From Candidatus Thorarchaeota archaeon SMTZ1-45 (GTDB lineage: Archaea > Asgardarchaeota > Thorarchaeia > Thorarchaeales > Thorarchaeaceae), in NCBI GenBank assembly GCA_001563335.1, contig LRSL01000069.1:1-64000 (forward strand): a stretch of DNA of 64,000 nucleotides. The letters run 5' to 3'. Positions 1 to 11,100 of the stretch are shown piece by piece; positions within the stretch are counted from its first letter, which is position 1, and every line of letters starts with the position of its first letter. The position numbers were made by a program, and so were the translations under genes. The notes below the pieces were generated by a model. That model did no database searches. It saw only the letters and a list, made by a program, of their open reading frames with translations, and was not told the origin of the DNA.

Positions 1-8
1 GGAGGGTC

Positions 9-3000
9 ATGGAAGACACATACGAGCTTAGGAGGTCGAACATGGATGAGTGGAGAGAGGTCATCGACTCAACACCCACCCCCTATGAACGTGGTCAGCT
101 GGAAGCCTATGAGCGAGAGGTGCTTGAGGAGGACAGAAGACTCAACCGAAGAGATACTGACCCACCCAAGAATCTGAAGAAGGCGGTACTCGTCGTAGAC
201 CTAAAGGAGAACTGGGAAACCCTACGTGACCACATAGAGTCGCTTGTCCTGCAGGCCCACCACAGTTCAAAAGGTGCGACCCTGTCGAACAGACACCACC
301 TAGCAGTCACCCCTGAGAACAAGAATCTCAGGATGGGACTTGTAGTCTTCAGTGACACCGAGAAGAAGAGGACGAAGCCGGTCAAGGCTGTGACATACTT
401 CAACCCCTTTTCTAGATTAAGAAGATGCAAAGATGACAGAAGCTTCACACTATACCTCACAGTTTCAGGGAAGGGTTCTCCAGCAGAGTCTGCTGCCCGG
501 ATTGCCGCACGTTGGCATGGGCTCGAGCTCATCAACGACAGAACAAGAGAATCCAACAGGAAGATAGTTTGGTTCGACCTGAGTGGGGAACTCAGAAACT
601 GGAAGAAAAGACGTCGTATCTTCAGATCCAGACTCCTCTCGAAGTCGATGCGAAACTTCCTCAGAAAGGACATCAGATTCGTCGACCTAAGTGGTGCAGT
701 CGCTTCCTACCTTCAAGGACACAAAGACTTCGGGAAGATGAAAGAAGAGGTCCTAGAAATCATCAGGGGAGTGAAAAATTCTCTCTTGATATTCTCAGGG
801 TCTGACAGAATCAGAACGACCCTCACAAGGAGGAATATACCTCAGTTTGATGAGCTTGTTGCCCTCATGTTAGAAACCATACCTGGTAGTACATCGGTGA
901 TATGGTTTGATCGACCTGTTCCGACCAATCGTACCAGTCAGAGGTACGACACAAGAAGTGTTGCTCCATTCTACAACGACAGTGTCTGGATGGAACTCGT
1001 TGACGAGGTCATATACAACGTACCCACTGCCCCAATCCGGTACGGTTCATACGTTCCTGTGGAAGACGATATACGTTGGGTGGTCACTGAAACCACTCGT
1101 GACACGGTCATCACTCAGGTGTTGGTCCCACCCCTGTACAAGTGGGGTGAACGGTTTCGACCTGACAGGGATAGGGAGGAGAATATCACCCAGCAAAATG
1201 TATACTTTCTTAGGTCGTCGTACGCCAATATGAGGAAGGTGCATGTTGGAACCTGTGAAGAAACTGACAAGATGGCAATCCTTGAACTGATTCCGCATCT
1301 GCGAAGGTTCTATGACCCTGACCCACCTTTTAATGAAGAGAATGAGGATGACGCTCCAATCAGGAGCGAATGGCTCCTCTCGGAACCGTCTGAACAGAAA
1401 CCATTCTTGTCTAGGGTGAACTATACTCCCTATCAACATCTTACAGAGAAGAAGGGTTCCAAACAAGACGGGGACGGACGGGTGACCAGACTCGAACCGT
1501 TGGAGAAGATCAACCATCGGCGAGCATACAGGAAAACGCGTCTTTATGGTAAGCCCAGGAAAGTGACCACCAGACCCCCCCACATATCGGTGCTCAAGTA
1601 CAGAAACAAGGAATTGAACAACCTCTACCTCAAAGAGCTCAGTGGGATCAGGCGTGTCCTGAAGACTCTCCGAAAACATAAGAGTGAGGATGAGGAATTG
1701 CGAGGTCTTCTCGAAACGTTGAACGAGCTAATCAATAGAAAAAAAATCAAGAGAAACCCAGAGGATAGGCTGAGGGCAGTGAGGGCAGTCCTTGAGAAAC
1801 ATCCTCTGACCAAGAGGGTCTGGAACCATCTCAGGGTGACGAGGTCAAGATTACCAAAGGGACTCCCCCCTGAACAGAGGAAGGTCTTGAAACAGTTGGT
1901 TGACCAACACCCTGACATCCTGATGGTCATGGGCAACCAGTTCTTCCTCATGTTGTCTGTTGCTGCCCATAAGGCTGGAGTGTTGGATGCGACAGGAGAT
2001 GTCGTCGAAGATCTCTGGGAATATCTGATACCATGGCAGCTCATCAGTCTGGGGTATGAACCAGAATATCCTGAAAACATACCAACCGGAGAATCAGTCC
2101 TTCATCGACCTCAGCTCATGGACAGGTTGTCCAGACGTGTCACGATCCTGATGAACATGAGGATGGGTGAAGAGGTCCACAGTGTCCAGTTTGGAAAGGC
2201 AGCTGTCATTGATAAGAAAAATGGGACATCTCTGTTTATGACATTCCAGACCCGACCCGGGAGTCGAGACATGAACACAATCTTTCTTAGACTGTCATAT
2301 GTGACTGAAGGTCAGATTATGGATGTTTTCAAGGAACTGTGTAGAGAGAAACCTTTCTGGGGTGAGTCTGATCCGACTCGTCTTGGTGAACTGTCAGACA
2401 CCGTTGACCTGAACGAGTGTGTGAACATCATGGTAGCCACACATAGAGGTGTGAGAGGACTCTGGCTATTCGATGAGGTTGATCAGATATGGAGAGCTAT
2501 AGGTCGTTTCGACTACTATGCTCGAAAAAGAGAAACAGTGACCCTGCTGATGTCTGTGACACTAAGGGAAGAGTCGACACTTGAGGACCTCTCAGATGAC
2601 AGGGTCCGTGGGAAAACACCAAACCTGAGAAATATAGTAGAGGTCGGACTAGGAACAGTGTCTGCAGTGTTCAAGAAATGCGAGTTTGTGAGATGCAGAT
2701 TATCATTGGATGATGAAGAGAGCATGTTCAGACTGTCCTTTCACAGACGAGTTGGAAACAGAGAGATTGCACATCTCCTAATCAAACGCACTGTGAATGT
2801 GATTGAAGTATTGCGAAGACCTGACTTCTATTGTGAGCAGGTGGTCGTCAATGGCCATGAAATGGTATGGAATCGGTTCAACGATATCGAGTATGTTGGT
2901 GTCGTAAACTTGGTGAAACCTTGGGTGGAGAGAATGGAACCGTTCAAGACTGTGGATCTGAGTCTTCCCAAGACTGCTGATCAGTTCATCAAAATGGAGA

Positions 3001-4010
3001 TGAGAGAGGGGCTAAGACTCACTGTCAGACACGACCCAAGGACGTGTCCTCTGTGTGTAGTTCCAAAGGATGAACTGAGGAAACGGGCAGAGAGACATAC
3101 TGGAGATAATGTTTCTGAATATCTTCGATGGATTGAGGGGGAGAGAGGACAACCTGAAGAGCTCATGAGAGAGTCGATATATCGTCATGGAGTGTGCTGG
3201 AGGATTGGATTACAATCTGATGAGAAGATTCCTGATACCCTGAAGCAATTGGAGAAGATTGCCCTGAGTGGACCTGCCATTGCAACACTCCTTGAAACTG
3301 GTGCTTTCTCATATAGGACAGAGGAAGATGGATGGGTGATGTATGAGTATGTCATCCCTAAAGCTGAGAATCTCCCTCGCGAGTTCAGAGAGTCTATACA
3401 TCTCATGAGATGGAGAAGAGAAAATGCTACAATGCCGGGTCAGTACATCCTTGAAGAATGGGAACCTGATATCTCCCTTGGTATCGAGGAGATCACGTTC
3501 AGTCTTGAGTCGCAGGTCACAGGAGAAAAACAAACGCATGTTGTGAAAAGACATCGACCGGATTTAATGCACCCAGAGAGTCTTGGGGAGCTTTTAGAAC
3601 TAGAGATGTCAAAGCTAGTGGACAGAGAGGGAGTGGAGGATGACGAACGACTGAAAGGACTAGCCCAAGAGCTGATTGCGGAGATAGTTGAACTGGGGAG
3701 AGAAGCAGGACCCACGACTTGGAGCTTTGAAGGACTAGGATGGGTTACAAAACGTTGGTTTGAGAGAGTATTGGAAGCAACCTTTACCTCACCTGATGGG
3801 GAACGGATTGATATTGAGGTGACTCAAGGAATCCATTTCTATCTGAACTGGGTAGAGTTTTCGGGAGGAGTTGACCGTGATGATGTGAGCGACACTATGG
3901 ATACCATTCTTACAGAGTATGGAATTGAGGAAGAGGTCAGAAATAGGGTGACAGAAGAAGTATTGACAGAACTTGAAAAGGAGGGGATTGTTTTCTTTCA
4001 AGATTTGTGA
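9..4010 (+). CDS. Very large hypothetical protein (1333 aa), possibly with a degenerate P-loop NTPase-like N-terminal region
   Basis: Long uninterrupted ORF, GGAGG SD just before the ATG, pyrimidine-rich tract after the stop; no family recognised; weak SGKGS / IVWFD / LLIFSG pattern. Confidence 0.75.
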   Translation: MEDTYELRRSNMDEWREVIDSTPTPYERGQLEAYEREVLEEDRRLNRRDTDPPKNLKKAVLVVDLKENWETLRDHIESLVLQAHHSSKGATLSNRHHLAVTPENKNLRMGLVVFSDTEKKRTKPVKAVTYFNPFSRLRRCKDDRSFTLYLTVSGKGSPAESAARIAARWHGLELINDRTRESNRKIVWFDLSGELRNWKKRRRIFRSRLLSKSMRNFLRKDIRFVDLSGAVASYLQGHKDFGKMKEEVLEIIRGVKNSLLIFSGSDRIRTTLTRRNIPQFDELVALMLETIPGSTSVIWFDRPVPTNRTSQRYDTRSVAPFYNDSVWMELVDEVIYNVPTAPIRYGSYVPVEDDIRWVVTETTRDTVITQVLVPPLYKWGERFRPDRDREENITQQNVYFLRSSYANMRKVHVGTCEETDKMAILELIPHLRRFYDPDPPFNEENEDDAPIRSEWLLSEPSEQKPFLSRVNYTPYQHLTEKKGSKQDGDGRVTRLEPLEKINHRRAYRKTRLYGKPRKVTTRPPHISVLKYRNKELNNLYLKELSGIRRVLKTLRKHKSEDEELRGLLETLNELINRKKIKRNPEDRLRAVRAVLEKHPLTKRVWNHLRVTRSRLPKGLPPEQRKVLKQLVDQHPDILMVMGNQFFLMLSVAAHKAGVLDATGDVVEDLWEYLIPWQLISLGYEPEYPENIPTGESVLHRPQLMDRLSRRVTILMNMRMGEEVHSVQFGKAAVIDKKNGTSLFMTFQTRPGSRDMNTIFLRLSYVTEGQIMDVFKELCREKPFWGESDPTRLGELSDTVDLNECVNIMVATHRGVRGLWLFDEVDQIWRAIGRFDYYARKRETVTLLMSVTLREESTLEDLSDDRVRGKTPNLRNIVEVGLGTVSAVFKKCEFVRCRLSLDDEESMFRLSFHRRVGNREIAHLLIKRTVNVIEVLRRPDFYCEQVVVNGHEMVWNRFNDIEYVGVVNLVKPWVERMEPFKTVDLSLPKTADQFIKMEMREGLRLTVRHDPRTCPLCVVPKDELRKRAERHTGDNVSEYLRWIEGERGQPEELMRESIYRHGVCWRIGLQSDEKIPDTLKQLEKIALSGPAIATLLETGAFSYRTEEDGWVMYEYVIPKAENLPREFRESIHLMRWRRENATMPGQYILEEWEPDISLGIEEITFSLESQVTGEKQTHVVKRHRPDLMHPESLGELLELEMSKLVDREGVEDDERLKGLAQELIAEIVELGREAGPTTWSFEGLGWVTKRWFERVLEATFTSPDGERIDIEVTQGIHFYLNWVEFSGGVDRDDVSDTMDTILTEYGIEEEVRNRVTEEVLTELEKEGIVFFQDL

Positions 4011-4191
4011 GTTTCTCTTCCAATCCTTCTTGGTATGTCCTGTACACAATTTCTTAAGGCCTTGTTATCACGAATGACGGCGATGTCATATAGCAGAAAA
4101 ACATAGACTTAGACATATGTTTATTAAGTGTCCATCTTTGCGATTGGCTGAGCCACCCCTGAGGCGGTCTTACTTTCGGTATGTGATGTCA

Positions 4192-4494
4192 ATGAAAATC
4201 GAAATCCTAGATGAACGAGAGAACAAACCTCTTGCAAGGAAGGAAGTCGACTTCAGGGTCGATCATGTTGGTGCAACCACACCAAGTAGGGCTGATATCC
4301 GTGCAAAAATTGTAGCGCAGTTCGATGCAGACTCCTCAGCAGTTGTCATCAAGAAACTGGAAACTAAGTTTGGGGCAGGCATAACTGAGGGAACAGCCAG
4401 AATATATTCTGACCCAGAACAAATGAACCGAATCGAACTTGAACATATTGTCAAAAGACATGAATCAAAGAAGCAAGAAGAGGGAGAAGAATAG
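4192..4494 (+). CDS. rps24e: 30S ribosomal protein S24e (eS24)
   Basis: ENKPLARKEV...TPSR...LETKFG...GTARIY signature; start taken at ATG 4192. Confidence 0.95.
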   Translation: MKIEILDERENKPLARKEVDFRVDHVGATTPSRADIRAKIVAQFDADSSAVVIKKLETKFGAGITEGTARIYSDPEQMNRIELEHIVKRHESKKQEEGEE

Positions 4495-4659
4495 ATGCCA
4501 AAAGCACACGAAATGTACAAGGTTGACAAGTCAGGCAAAGTCACTTACGCTAAGAAATCTTGCCCACGTTGTGAGAAAGGCACTTTCATGGCTGAACATT
4601 TCGACCGTTTTGCCTGTGGTCGCTGTGGATATACTGAGTTCAAGCGAAAGGGTAACTAG
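4495..4659 (+). CDS. rps27ae: 30S ribosomal protein S27ae (eS31), 54 aa, not in the ORF track
   Basis: Manual translation [49 protein letters not shown]; abuts rps24e as in the conserved archaeal pair. Confidence 0.95.
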   Translation: MPKAHEMYKVDKSGKVTYAKKSCPRCEKGTFMAEHFDRFACGRCGYTEFKRKGN

Positions 4660-4662
4660 TTC

Positions 4663-4920
4663 TTACTCGCCCACTATGGCCATTACCCATCTCACAAAGA
4701 TGAGAACCCCAATAATCATCGTGATTACAACATCCACGAGGAATACTCCTGGAATCTGAACCTCTATCCAGGCTGCTAAAATCATAGCTACTGGGAAAGT
4801 CACAATGAAAGGTAGAGTTGCTACTGTGAGTGAAATCTCCTCGCTTGATACCATCGTGTTTACAAGGAGAAATAACCAGATGGCATAGATTCCTACTAGG
4901 AGAGCGACTTCCAGTATCAT
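4663..4920 (-). CDS. Small 3-TM membrane protein
   Basis: Three hydrophobic segments from MILEVALL; start trimmed to ATG 4920. Confidence 0.6.
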   Translation of the reverse strand: MILEVALLVGIYAIWLFLLVNTMVSSEEISLTVATLPFIVTFPVAMILAAWIEVQIPGVFLVDVVITMIIGVLIFVRWVMAIVGE

Positions 4921-5037
4921 TGTGTTCTTGCTCCGGTTTAGTGTTTTGCTAGACGAAAGAACAATGTGTGTATCACATAGGTGTGGTGTTTCTTCTGAAT
5001 TTGAGCTCATATTGAAATCAGATACCAATAACTTAAT

Positions 5038-5073
5038 ATGTAAAGTCTACTTTACGTAAAGTGTGCTTTACAT
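5038..5073. promoter_or_regulatory. Tandem palindromic operator (2 x GTAAAG-N4-CTTTAC) upstream of the XRE regulator
   Basis: GTAAAG-TCTA-CTTTAC (5040-5055) directly followed by GTAAAG-TGTG-CTTTAC (5056-5071), about 20 bp before the XRE start. Confidence 0.8.
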
Positions 5074-5091
5074 CTGAACTGGTGATCCAGA

Positions 5092-5316
5092 ATGATTATG
5101 AACAAACTTCGAGAACTTCGTGAAGCCAAGTTGAGTGAGTCTGATGATTCAGGGATATGGACACAGGAGGGTCTCGCAAAACGTCTTGGAGTCACAAGGC
5201 AGACAATCATATCAATGGAGAAAGGAACTTACAACCCATCTCTCACACTTGCGTTTAAGCTGGCAAACCTGTTTGGAGTGAAGATTGAGGACATATTCGA
5301 GTATAGGGATGAGTAA
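5092..5316 (+). CDS. XRE/Cro-family HTH transcriptional regulator
   Basis: TQEGLAKRLGVTRQTIISMEKGTYNPSLTLAFKLA...IEDIF. Confidence 0.92.
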   Translation: MIMNKLRELREAKLSESDDSGIWTQEGLAKRLGVTRQTIISMEKGTYNPSLTLAFKLANLFGVKIEDIFEYRDE

Positions 5317-5680
5317 AATGAATCGCGGTATAAAGACAGCTCTGAGTGTTGTGGCAGTAGTAGTGATAGTGTTTGTATTTGTCTGGGTTCTGGGTCTGGC
5401 TTCTCTGGGTAGCTATGCAGGAGCTATCGGGGGCATGGTTGGCGGTGTTCTTGGCGTAACCTATTTGCGACGATTCCATGATGAACGGTTTACACAGATT
5501 ATGAATCTCGCGGCACGGAACGCCTTTGTCTTTTTAGTGATCATCCTTCCCATGAGCTCTGTTGTGCTCATTCAAGTTGAGGAGGTCACACTTCAGATAA
5601 CAGCAGGTCTAATCTTTGTGCCATGGATAGCATCACTTGGTATATTGTATCTGTCTTTGTTCTACTATTATCGAAAATAA
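5309..5680 (+). CDS. Membrane protein, DUF2178-like, coupled to the XRE gene
   Basis: 4 TM segments, DERF...AARNAF motif, overlaps the XRE stop. Confidence 0.7.
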   Translation: MSKMNRGIKTALSVVAVVVIVFVFVWVLGLASLGSYAGAIGGMVGGVLGVTYLRRFHDERFTQIMNLAARNAFVFLVIILPMSSVVLIQVEEVTLQITAGLIFVPWIASLGILYLSLFYYYRK

Positions 5681-6044
5681 TGGGAGCTAAGCGATCTGTT
5701 TTGGATATTTCTCTAGTGAGTCCTTATCGGAAGATGGTTAACTGAAGATTCTATTAAGACAGTACAATGCGAATATCACGATGAGAGGCCATATAACAAG
5801 AATACTGAATGGCATTCGTACTATTTGTATAATAGGTAAGATGAATAGAAAGAAGATAGGAATGATAAAAATAGCCACGCATATCAAGCTTGGTTGAAGA
5901 ATATCTCGATCAATCTCAATTACAGTCTTGTCAGAATTCAAGAAAACACAACACCCTCACTATACATTTGTGCACTCTTGTGATAGATATTTTGGTCCAA
6001 TAGAAGAGATGTTAACAGATATCTGGTGTTGGTTGCTTTGGCAT

Positions 6045-7862
6045 TCAGTATCTTCTTCTAGACAAAATAAGGGCAAGTGCTACAACTGCAAGAGTACCTC
6101 CGAGTGCAATAGCCATGGATATGTACAGGGTACCTTCATCCTGCCCATTCGTTGTAGTATCATTGCTAGGAGTACCGTAGACTAGAATAGCCGATGACTC
6201 GATATTTCCAGCCTTGTCACGTACAAAGACTCGATACGAAACAGTTGTGTTTTCACTCTGAGGTGGAATTGTTGTTGACCATACTGGTCCATTTTGAACC
6301 ATCGTGATATTGGTCCAAGTGAGATTCCCATCTATCGAATATGAAAGTATAACCTCATCAACACCATCAACATCAATCACTCCTGCTTTAACAAGGACTG
6401 ATTCGTTCTTTATTGGTTCTGAGGGGGTGAGCCTGAAGCCTATCCAGAGACCAGACTCACTGACTGATTCTGCTCTTGCAGGGTATCTGTCTACGCTTAG
6501 GGCATCGCCAGGAATGTGATAATCTCCTATTCCTCCATAATCATCCCAAAAGTTTCCTAGACTCACGCCATCATCCCAAACGTTGTTTTGGCCATCTTCC
6601 CATGCGTTGCCATCTGAGATTGTGGATCCATCCCCATTGGAACAAATCACATTGTAGTAGAAAGAGTTGCTAAGACTATACGTAGGAGGTACAAAGATGC
6701 CTATTCCTTTGTTCTCATAGACTATATTTCCAGCAACAATAGTATTGTTAGACTCAACAATGTCAATTCCCCAATGTTTGTTGTCATGGAAGTCGTTCAG
6801 AATGACCGAACAATGGTCAGACCAACACAAAGTAGCTCCAAAGCCAGAGGAATAGACTGTACAGTTTTCTATTACACAGTTTCTGCAGGAATAGAACGAC
6901 ACACTCTCTGCAGTATTATGAATGGTTCCATCCCGAACTGTCACATTGTAGCAATCAATCAGAAAGACCTGACCATAGTCGCTTGGACAGATGATAGAAT
7001 CTGTGAGGTTAGTGAAGTATCCAATAGGTTTGTCATTGACTGTGTTATTGTAAAGCTGAATACTAGGTCTATGCAAGTAATTGAATTCGAGTCCACTGTC
7101 TATCATAGTGTTGTTGGATACAAGAGTATCAATTGCATCAAAGAAACTTAGATAATAATACCAATCACCGGTCTGACTCCCTTCGATTATGTTGTTACTC
7201 ACTGTACATTCAACAGTATCTTGAAGATGAATATCTCCCAGAATGTCGTTGCTATCAACCAAGCAATGACGAACGTAGGTCAGCATAACTCCCACATGAT
7301 TGTCAAAGAGCGTGTTATTGAATACCGAGCAGTTTTCCGGGTATTCTTTGTCATAGAGTCCACGTATTTCTACACCATGACAATTATCATATATTTGACT
7401 CTCTATCACTGAACAATTTGATGAAGATACAATGGTAATTGCAATCCATTTTTTTGAAACCACCAAGTTCTCAATCATTCCATGAGTGACATTTCCAAAA
7501 GTGACTCCCCGATTATACAGTTTATCCCAATGACTCACAGAAGAAATCAAGCAGTCTTTAATGACAAAGAACACATCCGTGTTTGAGATGTTTATGCACT
7601 CTGTCCCGTCAGTGACTATGCTTAATCCCTCGATTAGGTATGGGTTGCTCTCGGAACCATTTCCCGGCCATCCCTGAGTTTCAAAATCTAAATTCGAGTT
7701 GATTATGATCGGGGAGTGTGGTTCATACGATATGACTTTCTGATTTTGATACGAAATTGCATTGATTGTATCTGGAGTTGATAAATCATTACTCTTAGCT
7801 GTGGGTACTATAACTAATGCAAGTACCAAGATGACTAAGACCAACTGCCATCTCTTGAGCAT
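6045..7862 (-). CDS. Secreted membrane-anchored parallel beta-helix (NosD/CASH-like) protein
   Basis: Signal peptide, GWPGNGSESNPYLIE motif, repeated NN/SNC beta-helix turns, GNFWDDY motif, Ig-like domain, C-terminal TM plus basic tail. Confidence 0.85.
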   Translation of the reverse strand: MLKRWQLVLVILVLALVIVPTAKSNDLSTPDTINAISYQNQKVISYEPHSPIIINSNLDFETQGWPGNGSESNPYLIEGLSIVTDGTECINISNTDVFFVIKDCLISSVSHWDKLYNRGVTFGNVTHGMIENLVVSKKWIAITIVSSSNCSVIESQIYDNCHGVEIRGLYDKEYPENCSVFNNTLFDNHVGVMLTYVRHCLVDSNDILGDIHLQDTVECTVSNNIIEGSQTGDWYYYLSFFDAIDTLVSNNTMIDSGLEFNYLHRPSIQLYNNTVNDKPIGYFTNLTDSIICPSDYGQVFLIDCYNVTVRDGTIHNTAESVSFYSCRNCVIENCTVYSSGFGATLCWSDHCSVILNDFHDNKHWGIDIVESNNTIVAGNIVYENKGIGIFVPPTYSLSNSFYYNVICSNGDGSTISDGNAWEDGQNNVWDDGVSLGNFWDDYGGIGDYHIPGDALSVDRYPARAESVSESGLWIGFRLTPSEPIKNESVLVKAGVIDVDGVDEVILSYSIDGNLTWTNITMVQNGPVWSTTIPPQSENTTVSYRVFVRDKAGNIESSAILVYGTPSNDTTTNGQDEGTLYISMAIALGGTLAVVALALILSRRRY

Positions 7863-7970
7863 AGCACGAAACCCCTCTATTGGACACGTGCTGATGTTTC
7901 ATCTCACTTGTCCAGTTTGTTATGGACTCAAATGCTCATAATAATTCTGATTTACGAACTAGAGAAAAAG

Positions 7971-7983
7971 TGGTAGCAGATGG
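7971..7983 (-). repeat. Diverged copy of the tRNA-iMet 3' end (distal att-like repeat)
   Basis: TGGTAGCAGATGG versus tRNA TGGTAGCGGGTGG (11/13), preceded on + by AGAGAAAAAG like the other displaced copies. Confidence 0.55.
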
Positions 7984-8007
7984 TGTTCTTCAGTGATGCT
8001 GCTGCCA

Positions 8008-8064
8008 GAAAAAGAAGAGGACCCACTGGTCTTAGCGTTTCACCGCCAATGGTCCCAATGGGTC
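8008..8064 (-). terminator. Hairpin plus pyrimidine/U tract downstream of the 1341-aa surface protein gene
   Basis: Minus strand GACCCATTGG...TTGGCG-GTGAAA-CGCTAA...CCAGTGGGTC followed by CTCTTCTTTTTCT. Confidence 0.5.
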
Positions 8065-8114
8065 ATTGAATGCAAGCTCGAAGTCCTCTGCTCATTAAAG
8101 GGAGGTTGGGTTCC

Positions 8115-11100
8115 TTATTTAGCCCCTCTCCTGCGTAGAAGAGCTACTATGATCACAATAGCGATAGCTACGCCTAATCCACCAACGATGAGTAACATTG
8201 TTTCTAGAGGCATCTCTACTCCACCAGTTGGAGTTGTAGTAGGAGTCGTTGGTGTCGTCGTGGTGGGCACGACTTCGTTCACAGTCACTATCACGGTGTC
8301 TGTCACACTGTTTTCACCATGGTCAACAACCACAATTGTGTAGTTGTAGACGCCTGGTGAAAGACCATCAACGTCAATCGTGATTGCTGAACCATCCCAA
8401 GTTCCACTATCTTCTATAACACCATTCTTGTAGATTGTGAAGTTCTTCGGGTGTGAATCATTAGGAGTCCAGATAATCGCATTTCCAGTTTCACCTTCGT
8501 TATAATCAAAGTCAGCTGGATGGTCAATGGTTGGTGCAGTGCCATCCTGAACATATACCCACACCTGATCTATCGCTGAGTGACCTGTAGTGTCTGTGAC
8601 GACAATAGTGTAGTTGTATGTACCAAAGGCCAGTCCATCAACGGACACTATGATTGATTCAGCACTCGAGTTCCATGCACCAGATCTGAGAACACTTCCT
8701 TCCATGTAGATGATATAGGAGCTTGGAAGTGGGTCACTAGGCAACCATGTGATAGAGTAGCCTACGTCACCTTCGTCATAATAGATGTCTGCAGGAGTAT
8801 TGATTGTAGGTGACGTTGTGTCTTGGACATAGACCCAAACGACATCACGGGACCATTCTCCGTTGCTGTCCCACAGCTGTAGGGTATAGTTATGAGCGCC
8901 CAGAGAGAGTCCATCCAAGTCTACAACATAAGGCACGCCAATATACCAGTCACCTGAATCTATCGAAACCTCATCTTCGTACAATGTATAGCCATTTGGA
9001 TTGTTCCCTGAAACATACCACGTTAGGTTGTTGTCCGTCGTTCCATATTCAATATAGATATCAGCTGGACTAGATATGAGTGGGGGTCTGTCAATTGGTG
9101 GGAACATGTTTGTGATAGCTGCTCCTTGCAAAATCCCTCCTTGGTCGATATAAACAAACAGGCCATTACATTGAAGAACAGTGACAGTCATGTTCATCAT
9201 TCCAAGATCGATGGTCAGGTTGTAGGTAGCATATCCGTATAACTCACCAGTACTAGTCACATGCAAAATCTGATTCCATTCTATTAGACATGCAGGATCA
9301 CCAATGTTTGCTGCAGGGAACGAGTTCTCATCTATAGATGTTGAATAAGGTAGAATCTCTGGAGCAGAAATACCAGAAACAAGCAGCAGATGCTTGTACA
9401 ACCAGGTCTGCTCCACAGGATAACCCGGCCAGCCACCGGAGATATATCCGTTCAAAACATTGACTCTGAGCCAAGTAGCAATGTATGAGCTTGGCATCCC
9501 TAACTGTGTCTGGTTCAGGATCATTGAACAATTGATCTCTAATGGTGAGAGCCAGTTCAAGAAAGTGAAGTTGAATTTCATCTGTATATTATAGCCGGGA
9601 TCGTGAAGGTCAATGAAGAAATAATCACCATAAGTTGGTCTAATCCGTGGAACGACGAGATAGGACTCGATTGTGACTGATTCATTCACTTGAACACCGT
9701 TGTACCAAGTACCCATCAATGTTATCGTATTGGTGCCGTTCTGAAACACTGGTACGAATATTGTAAGCTCTGGATAAGAATTGACTCCAATGACATGTGT
9801 AATCCATGCATCATTCACAAATACTGTGATGTTTTCTAGGTTCACAACATCTGATGCGGAATAGTTTACAAAGACAAGACCACCGCGGATTTGTTGATCA
9901 GTTGTTGGTGTGTATATTGTAATTCTATAGACAACAAGGATTTTCTCCTCTCTGTTGTTATAGATTAAAGACTCTCCACTAACAGGAGCGACATAGGATG
10001 TCAGATTCATTGTGCCAGATGTCGGCACTAGGATCTGCGAATGTATGAAAGCTGATTCACCAGGATCTAGGGAAACCACAAAGAGTGAGTCCTCCAGAGC
10101 ACCATCAACCCAGAGCTCAAGAGTGAACCCACTCTCCGTCGATGAGCCTTGGTTGGTCACATAGGTATATACATCAACTAACGAACCCCCACCAGCTCCA
10201 GCAGGCGAATCGATAGATGAGCTAAGATCATGGAGTGGTAAGGTCAGCCAGTAATCAATGATGTTCTCAAACATGAGATGGTTATCTGTTCTATACAGAT
10301 CCCATGTAAGAGCGGAAGCCACACAGAGGACCTTTGACTCTCCTATCTCTCTTGCTGCACCTATGATGTTCTGGTCATCTGAAGTACGAATAAGTTCTCG
10401 GAATGGATAGCTCAGAACAAAGGTATGGCTTTGTTCAAAATGCTGGAGTTGTGTCACACCAGTCATCAGGGGATGACCGGATTCAAAATTGGTGGTATTA
10501 TCTGCTGGCGAGTCTATGTTTAAGGCAAAGGATATTCCAAGGTTTGCCATGAAGGCATGCAAGCCTTCGGGAAAACCCCAAGAAAAGGAAACAACCAGTT
10601 TACCGCCACCATTGACGAAATCTTCGAGAGCTGTGATTTCAGGCGCGGGCCAAGAGTCCCCACCATCACCAATGAAGATGACATCATATAGCGTCAGATT
10701 ATCAATAGTGAGTGAGTCAGTTATTAGCCCAGTCAAGTATCCACGACTGGAATAAAGATCTCTAATGTCCCACATGGGATTCTCATAATGAGTTGTGATA
10801 AAGCCTGCTGCAGGAACAGTCCTGTCATAATAGAAAGTCACGGTATCAGAGCCTGAATGGCCCAATGGATCATATGCAACGACTGTGACATTGTACCATA
10901 TCTGATTCTCAAGAACCAAGTAGATGTAATTATAGAAGTCAACCCGTTCATAGAATGAGTTGTTGATATAGACTTCGAAGTATTCAACCCAGCTTGTGAG
11001 GTCGCTATAGGTCCAGTTCACCTTGCCATCATTCAATGTGCCCAAATCTGAAGGATAGGCAATCGTGACAGTTGGGTCGTCGATATCAACGAGAACCTGA

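Noticed and set aside
5681-5690. TGGGAGC after the DUF2178-like gene as a further tRNA-end copy
   Set aside because: Only 6/7 identity with no extension; compatible with chance.
5738-6044. 67-aa hydrophobic ORF (5738-5941) and upstream ATG at 6044 as a gene or pseudogene
   Set aside because: TTG start without a clear SD; the frames do not join and contain stops. It could be a remnant but cannot be supported.
8020-8068. Hairpin preceded by ATGA as a eukaryote-like SECIS
   Set aside because: No opposing GA for the quartet and no in-frame TGA in the upstream gene; better explained as a terminator.
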